Shown piece after piece: positions 9,636 to 17,883 of a DNA stretch of 64,000 nucleotides (its first letter is position 1; the number at the start of each line of letters is the position of its first letter). This DNA is from Eubacteriales bacterium (GTDB taxonomy: Bacteria; Bacillota; Clostridia; Oscillospirales; CAG-272), in the NCBI GenBank assembly GCA_045577755.1, contig JAZNJA010000090.1:2144-66143 (forward strand), read 5' to 3'. Below the pieces are notes generated by a model that saw only the letters and a program-made list of their open reading frames with translations, ran no database searches and was not told the DNA's origin. A program made the translations under genes and the position numbers.

Positions 9636-10222
9636 GAACCTCAACCATCAACCGCAAGACCGCCGAGACCGATATTTCCCTGACCCTGAATCTGGACGGG
9701 TCGGGTGTATCCACCATTGATTCGGGCTGCGGCTTCCTCGACCATATGCTCACCCTGTTCGCCCGTCACGGCGGCTTCGACCTGACCCTCACCTGCAAGG
9801 GCGACACCTATGTGGACGACCACCACACGGTGGAGGACATCGGTATCTGCCTGGGCAAGGCCCTGACCGAGGCCCTGGGGGACAAGCGGGGCATCAAGCG
9901 CTACGGCGACCGCATCCTCCCCATGGACGAAACCCTCATCCTCTCGGCCGTGGATATCTCGGGCCGCGGCGGGTGCTTCATGGATATGAGCATCCCCACC
10001 GAGAAGGTAGGCACCTTCGACACCCAGCTCTGCGAGGAGTTCTTCATCGCCCTGGCCCAGAACGGCGGGCTGACCCTCCACGTCCGCCAGCTGGCGGGCC
10101 GCAACAGCCACCACATTATCGAGGGCACCTTCAAGTCAGTGGCCAGGAGCCTCGGCGAGGCTGTTTCGATCGACGAAAAGAACGCCGACTCCATCCCCTC
10201 CACGAAAGGACTGCTGGAATGA
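9632..10222 (+). CDS. hisB: imidazoleglycerol-phosphate dehydratase
   Basis: 196 aa with RKTAETDISLTLNLDG and DDHHTVEDIGI motifs. Confidence 0.95.
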   Translation: MRTSTINRKTAETDISLTLNLDGSGVSTIDSGCGFLDHMLTLFARHGGFDLTLTCKGDTYVDDHHTVEDIGICLGKALTEALGDKRGIKRYGDRILPMDETLILSAVDISGRGGCFMDMSIPTEKVGTFDTQLCEEFFIALAQNGGLTLHVRQLAGRNSHHIIEGTFKSVARSLGEAVSIDEKNADSIPSTKGLLE

Positions 10223-10833
10223 TCGCTATTATCGACTACGGAGTGGGCAATCTCTTCTCCCTTTGCTCCTCCCTGAAAAGCATCGGCGCCGAGGCGGTGG
10301 TGACCCCCGATCCCGCTGTCATCCGCGCCGCCGACCGCATCATTCTCCCCGGTGTAGGTGCCTTCGCCGACGCCGCCGAAAAGCTCCGCGCCACGGGGCT
10401 GGATCAGGTCCTTCTGGAGGAGGCCGCCAACGGCAAGAAGATCATGGGTATCTGCCTCGGTATGCAGATGCTCTTTGAGGAGAGCCATGAGTACGGCATT
10501 CACAAGGGACTGGGCCTCATCCCCGGGCGGGTGGTCCCCATGGCGGGATACATCCCCGAAGGCCTGAAGATTCCCCACATCGGCTGGAATCCCCTGATTC
10601 TCAAGGGGGAGAGCAAGCACCCCCTGCTCAAATACGTGAACGAGGGAGACTGCGTGTATTTCGTCCATTCCTATTTCGCTGCCGACTGTCAAGAGTCGGT
10701 GATCGCTACCGCCGAGTACGGTAAGGAGCTGACCGCCGCCGTGGCAAAGAGTAACGTCATGGGTTGCCAGTTCCATCCCGAGAAGAGCGGGGGCGTCGGG
10801 TTGTCTATTCTGAAAGCATTCTGCGAGCTGTAA
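10219..10833 (+). CDS. hisH: imidazole glycerol phosphate synthase, glutaminase subunit
   Basis: Start trimmed to MIAIIDYGVGNLFS (ATG 10219, ATGA overlap with hisB). GICLGMQ active-site Cys and a C-terminal QFHPEKS motif. Confidence 0.95.
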   Translation: MIAIIDYGVGNLFSLCSSLKSIGAEAVVTPDPAVIRAADRIILPGVGAFADAAEKLRATGLDQVLLEEAANGKKIMGICLGMQMLFEESHEYGIHKGLGLIPGRVVPMAGYIPEGLKIPHIGWNPLILKGESKHPLLKYVNEGDCVYFVHSYFAADCQESVIATAEYGKELTAAVAKSNVMGCQFHPEKSGGVGLSILKAFCEL

Positions 10834-11144
10834 ATTGCGGTTTAACGGTCTGTTTATTTGTGCTGACCCTTGGATGTTGCCCTCTCACCCGCCTTCGGCG
10901 GGAGCTGTCTCGCTTCGGCTCGGTCACGACACGGCTCTGACTGCCACCGGCAGTCATTCACTACCGTGTCGCCGCTTCGCTACCCAGAGGGGGAGCCTTT
11001 CGTGCCTCGTTTATGAGTTTCCCTTATCCGACAAGACTTATAGGCTCCCCCTCCGGGGGAGCTCCGCGAAGCGGTGAGAGGGCAAATAACGCACGCAAAC
11101 CACGACCGCCCCCATTTCAAACAGTTCGCCAAACCCAAATCTGA
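10832..11144. repeat. MITE-like intergenic palindromic element, copy 2 (about 313 bp), inside the his operon
   Basis: Ends AAATTGCGGTTTAACGGTCTGT ... AACAGTTCGCCAAACCCAAATCTGA match copy 1 (1284-1457). Interior has nested inverted repeats (GCCCTCTCACC ... GGTGAGAGGGC; CGACACGG ... CCGTGTCG; GGGGGAGCC ... GGCTCCCCC). Confidence 0.6.
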
Positions 11145-11164
11145 AAACCAAGGAGGTTCCCATC

Positions 11165-11377
11165 ATGAAGCCCATCAAATCCAAGCGTTTCGTCTGCACC
11201 GAGATCTCCGGCGGTGGCTTTGACGGCACCCAGAGCCGTGTCCTGGTGGACCGCAAGACCGGCGTCAACTACCTGTGGACCGCAAGCGGCTACGCGGGCG
11301 GTCTGACCGTCCTGGTGGACGCCGAGGGCAAGCCCATCGTTACCCCCGTCCCCGCCGATGACGAGGACGAAGACTAA
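11165..11377 (+). CDS. small conserved protein (resembles the DUF6440 family), 70 aa
   Basis: AAGGAGG RBS 7 nt upstream. KRFVCTEISGG...RVLVDRKTGVNYLWTASGYAGGLTVLVDAEGKPIV matches a small-protein family common in Clostridia. GC3-rich codon usage like its neighbours. Confidence 0.6.
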   Translation: MKPIKSKRFVCTEISGGGFDGTQSRVLVDRKTGVNYLWTASGYAGGLTVLVDAEGKPIVTPVPADDEDED

Positions 11378-11396
11378 ACCAAGAGGTTCCATTCCT

Positions 11397-12113
11397 ATGT
11401 ATATTTTCCCCGCAATCGATCTGTACGACGGCAAGGCCGTCCGCCTCTTCAAGGGGGACTACCAACAGATGACCGTCTACAGCGAAAACCCCATTGAGAT
11501 CGCCCGTGACTTTGAAGCCAAGGGGGCGAGATTCATCCACATGGTGGATCTGGAGGGTGCCCGCGACGGCTCCACCCCCAATCTCTCCACCGTGGCCGAC
11601 GTGGCGCAAAATACCTCCCTGTTCGTAGAGATCGGGGGCGGCATCCGCGACATGGAGACGGTTGAGAAGTACCTGTCCGCGGGCGTGTCCCGTGTCATTC
11701 TGGGCACCGCCGCCGTCAATAACGAGGCATTTCTCCGCGAGGCCGTGGAGAGGTACGGCGACAAGATCGCCGTGGGTGCTGACGTCAAGGACGGCTACAT
11801 CGCCATCAAGGGGTGGCTTGTGCAGTCGGCCTACACCCCGGAGGCCTTCATGGAGAAGATGCAGAGTATCGGTGTCAAGACCGTCATCTGCACCGACATC
11901 TCCAAGGATGGTGCCATGAAGGGCACCAACCGCGAGCTGTACCGTGAGTTGTCCGCCAAGTTCCACATGGATATCGTGGCCTCGGGGGGCGTCTCCGACA
12001 TGGAGGACATCCGCGCCCTGACCGCCATGGACCTCTACGGTGCCATCATCGGCAAGGCCTACTACACGGGCGCCATCGATCTGGCAGAGGCCATCAAGGA
12101 GGCAAGCAAATGA
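11397..12113 (+). CDS. hisA: ProFAR isomerase
   Basis: Start trimmed to MYIFPAIDLYDGKAVRL (ATG 11397, AAGAGG upstream). Confidence 0.93.
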   Translation: MYIFPAIDLYDGKAVRLFKGDYQQMTVYSENPIEIARDFEAKGARFIHMVDLEGARDGSTPNLSTVADVAQNTSLFVEIGGGIRDMETVEKYLSAGVSRVILGTAAVNNEAFLREAVERYGDKIAVGADVKDGYIAIKGWLVQSAYTPEAFMEKMQSIGVKTVICTDISKDGAMKGTNRELYRELSAKFHMDIVASGGVSDMEDIRALTAMDLYGAIIGKAYYTGAIDLAEAIKEASK

Positions 12114-12871
12114 TCACGAAGAGAATCATCCCCTGTCTGGACGTCCGAAACGGACGGGTGGTCAAGGGCGTCAACTTTGAGGGAGTCCGCGACGTGTCCT
12201 CCCCCGTGGAGTTGGGCAAATTCTACTCCGACAGCGGAGCCGACGAGCTGGTGTTCTACGACATCACCGCCTCGGTGGAGGGCCGCGCCCTGTTCACCGA
12301 TATTCTCCGCGAGGTGGCCTCCACCATCTTCATCCCCCTGACCGTGGGCGGCGGCATCAATACCCTGGAGGACTTTGATCGGGTGCTGAAGTGCGGCGCC
12401 GACAAGGTGTCGGTCAACTCGGGCGCCATCCGCAACCCCAACCTGGTCTACGAGGCCGCCCAGCGCTACGGCGACCAGTGCGTAGTCCTCTCCGCCGATA
12501 TCAAGCGGGTGAACGGTGAGTTCCGCGTGTTCGCCAAGGGCGGCCGCGAGGACACGGGCATGGAGGCCATTGAGTGGATCAAGCGCTGCGTCGGCAACGG
12601 CGCGGGCGAGGTGGTGGTGAACTCCATCGACACCGACGGCGTCAAGAAGGGCTTTGATATCGAGATGCTCCGCGCGGTCTGCGACGCGGTGAACGTCCCC
12701 GTCATCGCCTCGGGCGGCGCGGGATGTGTACAGGACTTCATCGACCTGTTCCACAAGGTCCCCGATATCGACGCGGGCCTGGCCGCCTCGGTGTTCCACT
12801 TCGGTGAGATCGCCATTCCCGACCTGAAGCGGACGTTGTCTGCCGAGGGAATCAACATGAGACTGATCTAA
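12110..12871 (+). CDS. hisF: imidazole glycerol phosphate synthase, cyclase subunit
   Basis: MITKRIIPCLDVRNGRVVKGVNF; 253 aa; ATGA overlap with hisA. Confidence 0.95.
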   Translation: MITKRIIPCLDVRNGRVVKGVNFEGVRDVSSPVELGKFYSDSGADELVFYDITASVEGRALFTDILREVASTIFIPLTVGGGINTLEDFDRVLKCGADKVSVNSGAIRNPNLVYEAAQRYGDQCVVLSADIKRVNGEFRVFAKGGREDTGMEAIEWIKRCVGNGAGEVVVNSIDTDGVKKGFDIEMLRAVCDAVNVPVIASGGAGCVQDFIDLFHKVPDIDAGLAASVFHFGEIAIPDLKRTLSAEGINMRLI

Positions 12872-12883
12872 GGAGCTAAAACT

Positions 12884-13531
12884 ATGCTGAACATTGATGA
12901 ACTGAAATTCGACGAAAAGGGTCTCATCCCCGCCGTGGTGGTGGACTCCATCACCAAAAAGGTGCTGACCGTGGCCTACATGAACCGCGAAAGCCTCGCC
13001 ATCTCCATGGAGAAGGGCAAGACCTGCTTCTGGAGCCGCTCCCGTCAGGAGCTGTGGCTCAAGGGGGAGACCAGCGGTAACTACCAGCACATCGTCTCCA
13101 TCACCGCCGACTGCGACAACGACGCCCTGGTGGTCGTGGTGGAAAAGGACGGCCCCGCCTGCCATCTGGGTACCGATTCCTGCTTTACCAAGCCCGTATA
13201 TCAGAGCGAGGAGCTTCACGAGTTCACTCTCCAGGGTCTGGCCGATCTGCTCCAGGGCCGCATGGAGGAGCGCCCCGAGGGCTCCTACACCACCTACCTC
13301 TTCGACAAGGGTCTGGACAAGATCCTCAAGAAGGTAGGCGAGGAATGCACCGAGGTCATCATCGGCGCCAAGAACGGCGACAAGAAGGAAACCGTCTACG
13401 AGATCGCAGATCTGGCCTACCACGTCATGGTGCTGATGACCCAGATGGGCATCTCGGTGGAGGACGTCCACCGCGAGCTGGCCTCCCGCCACGTCATCGA
13501 CCACAAGGTCAAGCAGGAGAAGATGGTCTGA
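12884..13531 (+). CDS. hisI: bifunctional phosphoribosyl-AMP cyclohydrolase / phosphoribosyl-ATP pyrophosphatase
   Basis: 215 aa. N-terminal HisI (GLIPAVVVD...WSRSRQELWLKGETSGN) fused to C-terminal HisE (YTTYLFDKGLDKILKKVGEE). Confidence 0.93.
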   Translation: MLNIDELKFDEKGLIPAVVVDSITKKVLTVAYMNRESLAISMEKGKTCFWSRSRQELWLKGETSGNYQHIVSITADCDNDALVVVVEKDGPACHLGTDSCFTKPVYQSEELHEFTLQGLADLLQGRMEERPEGSYTTYLFDKGLDKILKKVGEECTEVIIGAKNGDKKETVYEIADLAYHVMVLMTQMGISVEDVHRELASRHVIDHKVKQEKMV

Positions 13532-13558
13532 GCCGTCCTTCCCAAGAAAGGAGTAGAC

Positions 13559-14140
13559 ATGGATCACACCGCAAGCTCCCTCCCCTTCGCCGTGGGGGAT
13601 TGGGTCACCCAATACAGCGCGGGATACTGGAAGGTCGTAGCCATCTATGACAAGTACGCCGACGAGGACGATTGGCGGAATCCGCCGACCTACCGTAAGG
13701 GGGATCACATCAGCTACTGGGTGGTCCTCAAAAAAGGCTTTACCCCCAAGATGAAGTGGAGCAACGCCTGCGAGTGCGTGGACGGATACTGGTGCGCCCC
13801 CGTCTCCCCCGAGGAAAAGGCCGCCATTGAGCAAGCCTTCGAGGCCGAGCCCGCCAAGGCGGGGAAATTCGAGGCCGCCACGAGTGAGCCCCGCCCCGGT
13901 ATCCAGAACTGCTGGATCACCCTCCCCGAGGAGCGCATTCCCCAACTGAAGGAGGAACTGGCCACCCTGCCCCCTCGGTTCACAGGAGAACAGTTGGAAG
14001 AGGTCCTTGGCCGAGTCCCCGAGCTGGCCGTGGGCGTTCCCCCCTCCACCGTTCTGTTGAATCTGTTGCTCCATCCCTACGAATTGGATGAGAGTCTGGA
14101 GTTCATCTACTGCGGGTATTCGCTGGAACCACTTGATTGA
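13559..14140 (+). CDS. hypothetical protein (193 aa), last gene of the his transcription unit
   Basis: AGGAG RBS. Co-directional, 27 nt after hisIE, and followed by a terminator. I recognise no family. Confidence 0.55.
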   Translation: MDHTASSLPFAVGDWVTQYSAGYWKVVAIYDKYADEDDWRNPPTYRKGDHISYWVVLKKGFTPKMKWSNACECVDGYWCAPVSPEEKAAIEQAFEAEPAKAGKFEAATSEPRPGIQNCWITLPEERIPQLKEELATLPPRFTGEQLEEVLGRVPELAVGVPPSTVLLNLLLHPYELDESLEFIYCGYSLEPLD

Positions 14141-14150
14141 CACACCCCAA

Positions 14151-14180
14151 AGGCATCCCGCGCGGATGCCTTTTGTATTT
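14151..14180 (+). terminator. rho-independent terminator ending the his unit
   Basis: AGGCATCC-CGCGC-GGATGCCT followed by TTTTGTATTTT. Confidence 0.7.
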
Positions 14181-14193
14181 TCCACAAATTCTC

Positions 14194-14222
14194 TTGACAA
14201 ATTTTCCCCAATAAGATATAAT
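14194..14222 (+). promoter_or_regulatory. candidate sigma-A promoter
   Basis: TTGACA, 17-nt spacer, TATAAT, about 30 nt upstream of ATG 14254. Confidence 0.6.
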
Positions 14223-14253
14223 GTATACAATCCAACCAAGAAAGGAACGCACC

Positions 14254-16935
14254 ATGAAAACCAAACGCTTCCTCTCCGCTCTGCTGGCCGCCCTGATGCT
14301 GGCCGCCACTCTGCTCTCGGGCGTCATCCTCCCCGCCGCCGAGGAGAGCGCTCCCGAAGATGCCGCCCCCGCCACCTACGTCACCGACGGCCTGGTCTCC
14401 CTCTACAAGGGCGAGGGCAACTCCCCCGACGCCACCGTCTGGGAGGACTCGGTGGGTGACAACGATCTTCCCATCGCCAAAGACGACAAGAACTACTTCA
14501 CCGACACAGGTCTCGCCGCCGAGGGCGCCCAGCACTACTTCCCCCGGGCCGTCGTGGATCTGGTCAACGGCAAGGCCTTCACCGTGGAGATCGCCTTCGG
14601 GGACTTCACCTCCATCGGCGGGGACTTCAACACCTTCATGAACTCCGCAAACGATAACTTTGCCCTGTTCCGCCGCAACTCCAACGATAACCTGGAGTTC
14701 AAGTGGGCGGGCAAGCCCGGCACCAGCCGTCCCATGGTGGGCGACGGCCTTGAGCTGATCGACAACGGTGTCATTTCCGTCACCTTTGAGGTGGGCGGCT
14801 CCTGCTGTATCTACGTGGACGGCACCATTGTGGCCAAGGTGTCCTGCGACACCGCCATGGGCGCCGACAACCTCTTCATCGGTCACGCCGCGGCCAACAA
14901 GAAGTATTCCACCACCTACAAGTCCATCCGCTTCTATGACCGCGCCCTCACCCCCGAGGAGGTGGCCAACAACGCAAAGGTGGACGGCGCTACCGTCGTC
15001 GCCCCCGCCGACAAGCCCAAGAGCAATATCACCGTAGCCCAGCCCCAAACCAACATCGTGGGTGATATCTCCATGATCCGCGAGGTGAACTCAAAGGCCG
15101 AAATGGAGTCCATGATTGCGGCTGAGAATCTTCCCGCCACTGCCCTCTACACCATCAACGAGAAGCTGGAAGCGCTGGACGGCGAGGGCACGGCCTTTGC
15201 CACCGTCGACGAGATCTTTGCCGCCCACGACTGCAAGATCATCTCCGCCTTCCGTGTTTCCGACAAGGCGGCTGCCGATGCCCTTCTGAAGCACCTCAAG
15301 GATATCCGTTTTTACGATTGCTTCGTGGTCTCGAAGGATCCTGCCATCGTGAAGGATTTCCGCACCGTCCTGCCCCAGGTATCGGGTGTCATCGACTACA
15401 CCGAGGTCTACGAAAACGCCCTTGAACTTCCCTGCACGGACATTCGCCGTTCCATGAAGGAAAATAACGGTACCGTCGCCCTCCTTCCCGATGCCGGGCA
15501 TGTCAGCCACACCCAGGTACAGTACCTCTACGACCGCCAGGTCAACGTGTGGATCCTGTCCTCGGACGGTCCCGGCGAGCTCATGCAATACCGTAACCTG
15601 CTCTCGGGCGCCATTGGCGTGGTGTCGGATCAAACCGAGGCCCTTCTGGATATCGCCTGCAACAAGCTCCCGAAAAACACCCTGACCCGCGTTCCCCTGA
15701 ATATCGGTCACCGCGGCATTCCCGCCAACGCCCCCGAAAATACCGTGGAAGGGTCCCTGTTCGCCTACGAGCAGGGGGCGACCGTCATTGAGCTGGACGT
15801 CTACCTCACCACCGATGGCGAGGTAGTGGTCATGCACGATGGCACCACAGGACGCACCTGCAACCAGGATCTGAACGTAGAGGCCTCCACCCTGGCCCAG
15901 CTCAAGGAGCTCTACGTCAATAAGGGCTACGAGAATCACGCCAAGTATAAGAACTGCCGCATTCCCACCCTAAAGGAGTATCTGGAGGCCTTCAAGGGCA
16001 AGGACTGCCAACTCTTTATCGAGATCAAGTCGGGCAAGACCGCTATTGTCAAGGCCGTGAAGGAATGTGTGGACGAGTACGATATGTACGACCAGTGCTC
16101 GGTCATCACTTTCAACGAGCCCATCATGGCCGCCATGCGCCGCGACTACCCCGAGATGAGCGTGGGCGCTCTCTGCGGCGGCTACATGAACGGTCTGGAT
16201 CCCGAGGCGGATCTCCGCTCGGCCATGACCTTCATCGGCAAGTACAACGCCACCCTGAACCCCTCCTACGGTGGGTATGAAGCGAATGACCTCCGCGCCG
16301 CCCTCATGCGGGGCATCAGCATCTATCCCTGGACCTTCCGCGGGGATCTGAACACCTACAAGAATCACTTCCTGTGGGGCTACTCGGGTTTGACCGGAGA
16401 CAACGCCAACGTATTCAAGCGGCTAGTCAAGAGTATACAGTACCATACCGCCGAGGAGGCCAATCCCATCCTCATAGACGTGACCTACTACAATCACACC
16501 GTCAAAACCGAGAATCCCTCGGTCGTCATTTCCCTGTCCGGCGACGACAAGATCCGGGAGGAAAACGGCGTGTTCACGGCTCTGGGCGGCTCCGGCAACC
16601 TGCTGATCATTCCCGGTCTGGAAGTCAAGATCGGCGCCGAGACTTACACGCTGTTCGGAGACGTGGTCAGCCTGGAGCCCATGGGCGGCATTCCCGAGCC
16701 CGAAACCGAGACGACTGCGCCCGATACCGAGCCTGTGACTGACGAGCCTACCACCGAGGCACCAACTGCCACCGAAACCACCCCCGATACCGACAAACCC
16801 GCCGAGGGCGACGGCACCGCCGCCGACTCCGAGACCGAGGCCCCCAAGGGCGGCTGTAAGTCGGCTCTGGGCGGCATGGCACTGTTGCTGGTCGCAGGCG
16901 CGGCTTTGGTGCTGGGGAAGAAGAAGGATCGATGA
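14254..16935 (+). CDS. secreted LamG/concanavalin-like plus glycerophosphodiester phosphodiesterase (GDPD) domain protein with a C-terminal membrane anchor (893 aa)
   Basis: Start trimmed to MKTKRFLSALLAALMLAA (signal peptide). GDPD motif GHRGIPANAPENTVEGS...ELDVYLTTDGEVVVMHD. Thr/Pro/Glu-rich linker, then GGCKSALGGMALLLVAGAALVLGKKKDR. Confidence 0.85.
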   Translation: MKTKRFLSALLAALMLAATLLSGVILPAAEESAPEDAAPATYVTDGLVSLYKGEGNSPDATVWEDSVGDNDLPIAKDDKNYFTDTGLAAEGAQHYFPRAVVDLVNGKAFTVEIAFGDFTSIGGDFNTFMNSANDNFALFRRNSNDNLEFKWAGKPGTSRPMVGDGLELIDNGVISVTFEVGGSCCIYVDGTIVAKVSCDTAMGADNLFIGHAAANKKYSTTYKSIRFYDRALTPEEVANNAKVDGATVVAPADKPKSNITVAQPQTNIVGDISMIREVNSKAEMESMIAAENLPATALYTINEKLEALDGEGTAFATVDEIFAAHDCKIISAFRVSDKAAADALLKHLKDIRFYDCFVVSKDPAIVKDFRTVLPQVSGVIDYTEVYENALELPCTDIRRSMKENNGTVALLPDAGHVSHTQVQYLYDRQVNVWILSSDGPGELMQYRNLLSGAIGVVSDQTEALLDIACNKLPKNTLTRVPLNIGHRGIPANAPENTVEGSLFAYEQGATVIELDVYLTTDGEVVVMHDGTTGRTCNQDLNVEASTLAQLKELYVNKGYENHAKYKNCRIPTLKEYLEAFKGKDCQLFIEIKSGKTAIVKAVKECVDEYDMYDQCSVITFNEPIMAAMRRDYPEMSVGALCGGYMNGLDPEADLRSAMTFIGKYNATLNPSYGGYEANDLRAALMRGISIYPWTFRGDLNTYKNHFLWGYSGLTGDNANVFKRLVKSIQYHTAEEANPILIDVTYYNHTVKTENPSVVISLSGDDKIREENGVFTALGGSGNLLIIPGLEVKIGAETYTLFGDVVSLEPMGGIPEPETETTAPDTEPVTDEPTTEAPTATETTPDTDKPAEGDGTAADSETEAPKGGCKSALGGMALLLVAGAALVLGKKKDR

Positions 16936-16968
16936 TTTGATTCCCTGTCACAAAACCGAGTGATCTGT

Positions 16969-17005
16969 TACTCACGGAGGTCTGTATGTCCTCCGTGAGT
17001 TTTTG
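16969..17005 (+). terminator. rho-independent terminator
   Basis: ACTCACGGAGG, 9-nt loop, CCTCCGTGAGT, then TTTTTG. Confidence 0.75.
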
Positions 17006-17040
17006 ATTCATTTCAATTGGGTAAAATGTACGGTATAGGC

Positions 17041-17069
17041 TTGAAATTTACGCACTCTTGTGCTATAAT
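17041..17069 (+). promoter_or_regulatory. candidate sigma-A promoter
   Basis: TTGAAA, 17-nt spacer (ending TGC, an extended -10), TATAAT. Confidence 0.5.
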
Positions 17070-17117
17070 GAAACAGTAGTATCCATACAATGAAATCAAA
17101 AACGGAGGGCATTTAAA

Positions 17118-17768
17118 TTGCTGAAAGAATTCTTGCATCCCCGGGATACGGACGATTCCTCGGGTTTCTTCATACATATTCGGGTACAACACAGGCGGTA
17201 CAACCTGCGGTCGAGCATCGCCTTCGGTGGCACCGCAATCATGCTCTTGCTTCTTGCTTTTCTCATTGGCTTCTCTTTCGACTCGAATATCGTCTTAATA
17301 GGGTTCATCCCCGTGGCGGACATTACTCTTTCCTGCACAACGTTAGCCTTTTTCGGAATAAGTGCCTGGGGGTGCTGCACGAGTCTGAAGGCTATCTTCG
17401 ACGAAACGGAATACCATCAAATGATGCGCGCCATAAAGAAGCTGGGCGACCCCGGAGTCATTGGCAAGGAACTGCAAGCCATATGCCCGAGTCCATATGT
17501 ATTAAAGGGGGAGCTTCGCTTCAACGAGCGTATCCTGTTTTTCAGCAGTAATGATTTCACCAGGGTAATCGATCCTGTTACCATTCGAAATATTGAATCA
17601 TCGACATCGGTCAACACATACCGTCGCACCGTATCCCACTGTATCACGATCCACTATGAACTGCAATCCAGCAGACTGTTGGATAGAATCTATATTTCTG
17701 TGGATAAGGAGGGGATTCTGCCTTTAATGGAGGAGCTGAACCGCCTGTATCCAACTCATAAAGAATAA
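17118..17768 (+). CDS. hypothetical membrane protein (216 aa) in a low-GC islet
   Basis: TTG start 8 nt after GGAGGG. Two predicted TM helices (AIMLLLLAFLIGFSF; ITLSCTTLAFFGISAWG). Visibly more AT-rich than its surroundings. Confidence 0.5.
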   Translation: MLKEFLHPRDTDDSSGFFIHIRVQHRRYNLRSSIAFGGTAIMLLLLAFLIGFSFDSNIVLIGFIPVADITLSCTTLAFFGISAWGCCTSLKAIFDETEYHQMMRAIKKLGDPGVIGKELQAICPSPYVLKGELRFNERILFFSSNDFTRVIDPVTIRNIESSTSVNTYRRTVSHCITIHYELQSSRLLDRIYISVDKEGILPLMEELNRLYPTHKE

Positions 17769-17883
17769 TCAGGATTCCCCACGGAGGGTGGTAGAGCTTT
17801 CCGTGGGGAATTTCATAATTCTCCATTTTTTTTGCAACCAATCCCCCCTTCCCCACACTATATGACCGAAAGGAGTGAGGAAC

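Noticed and set aside
10835-11268. 80-aa and 76-aa ORFs inside the his-operon repeat element.
   Set aside because: They are embedded in nested inverted repeats, with no RBS and low-complexity translation. A similar sequence elsewhere is non-coding.
12062-14239. 725-aa minus-strand ORF spanning hisF, hisIE and the downstream gene.
   Set aside because: It is antisense to unambiguous his genes and has shadow-ORF composition. It crosses an intergenic region and a terminator.
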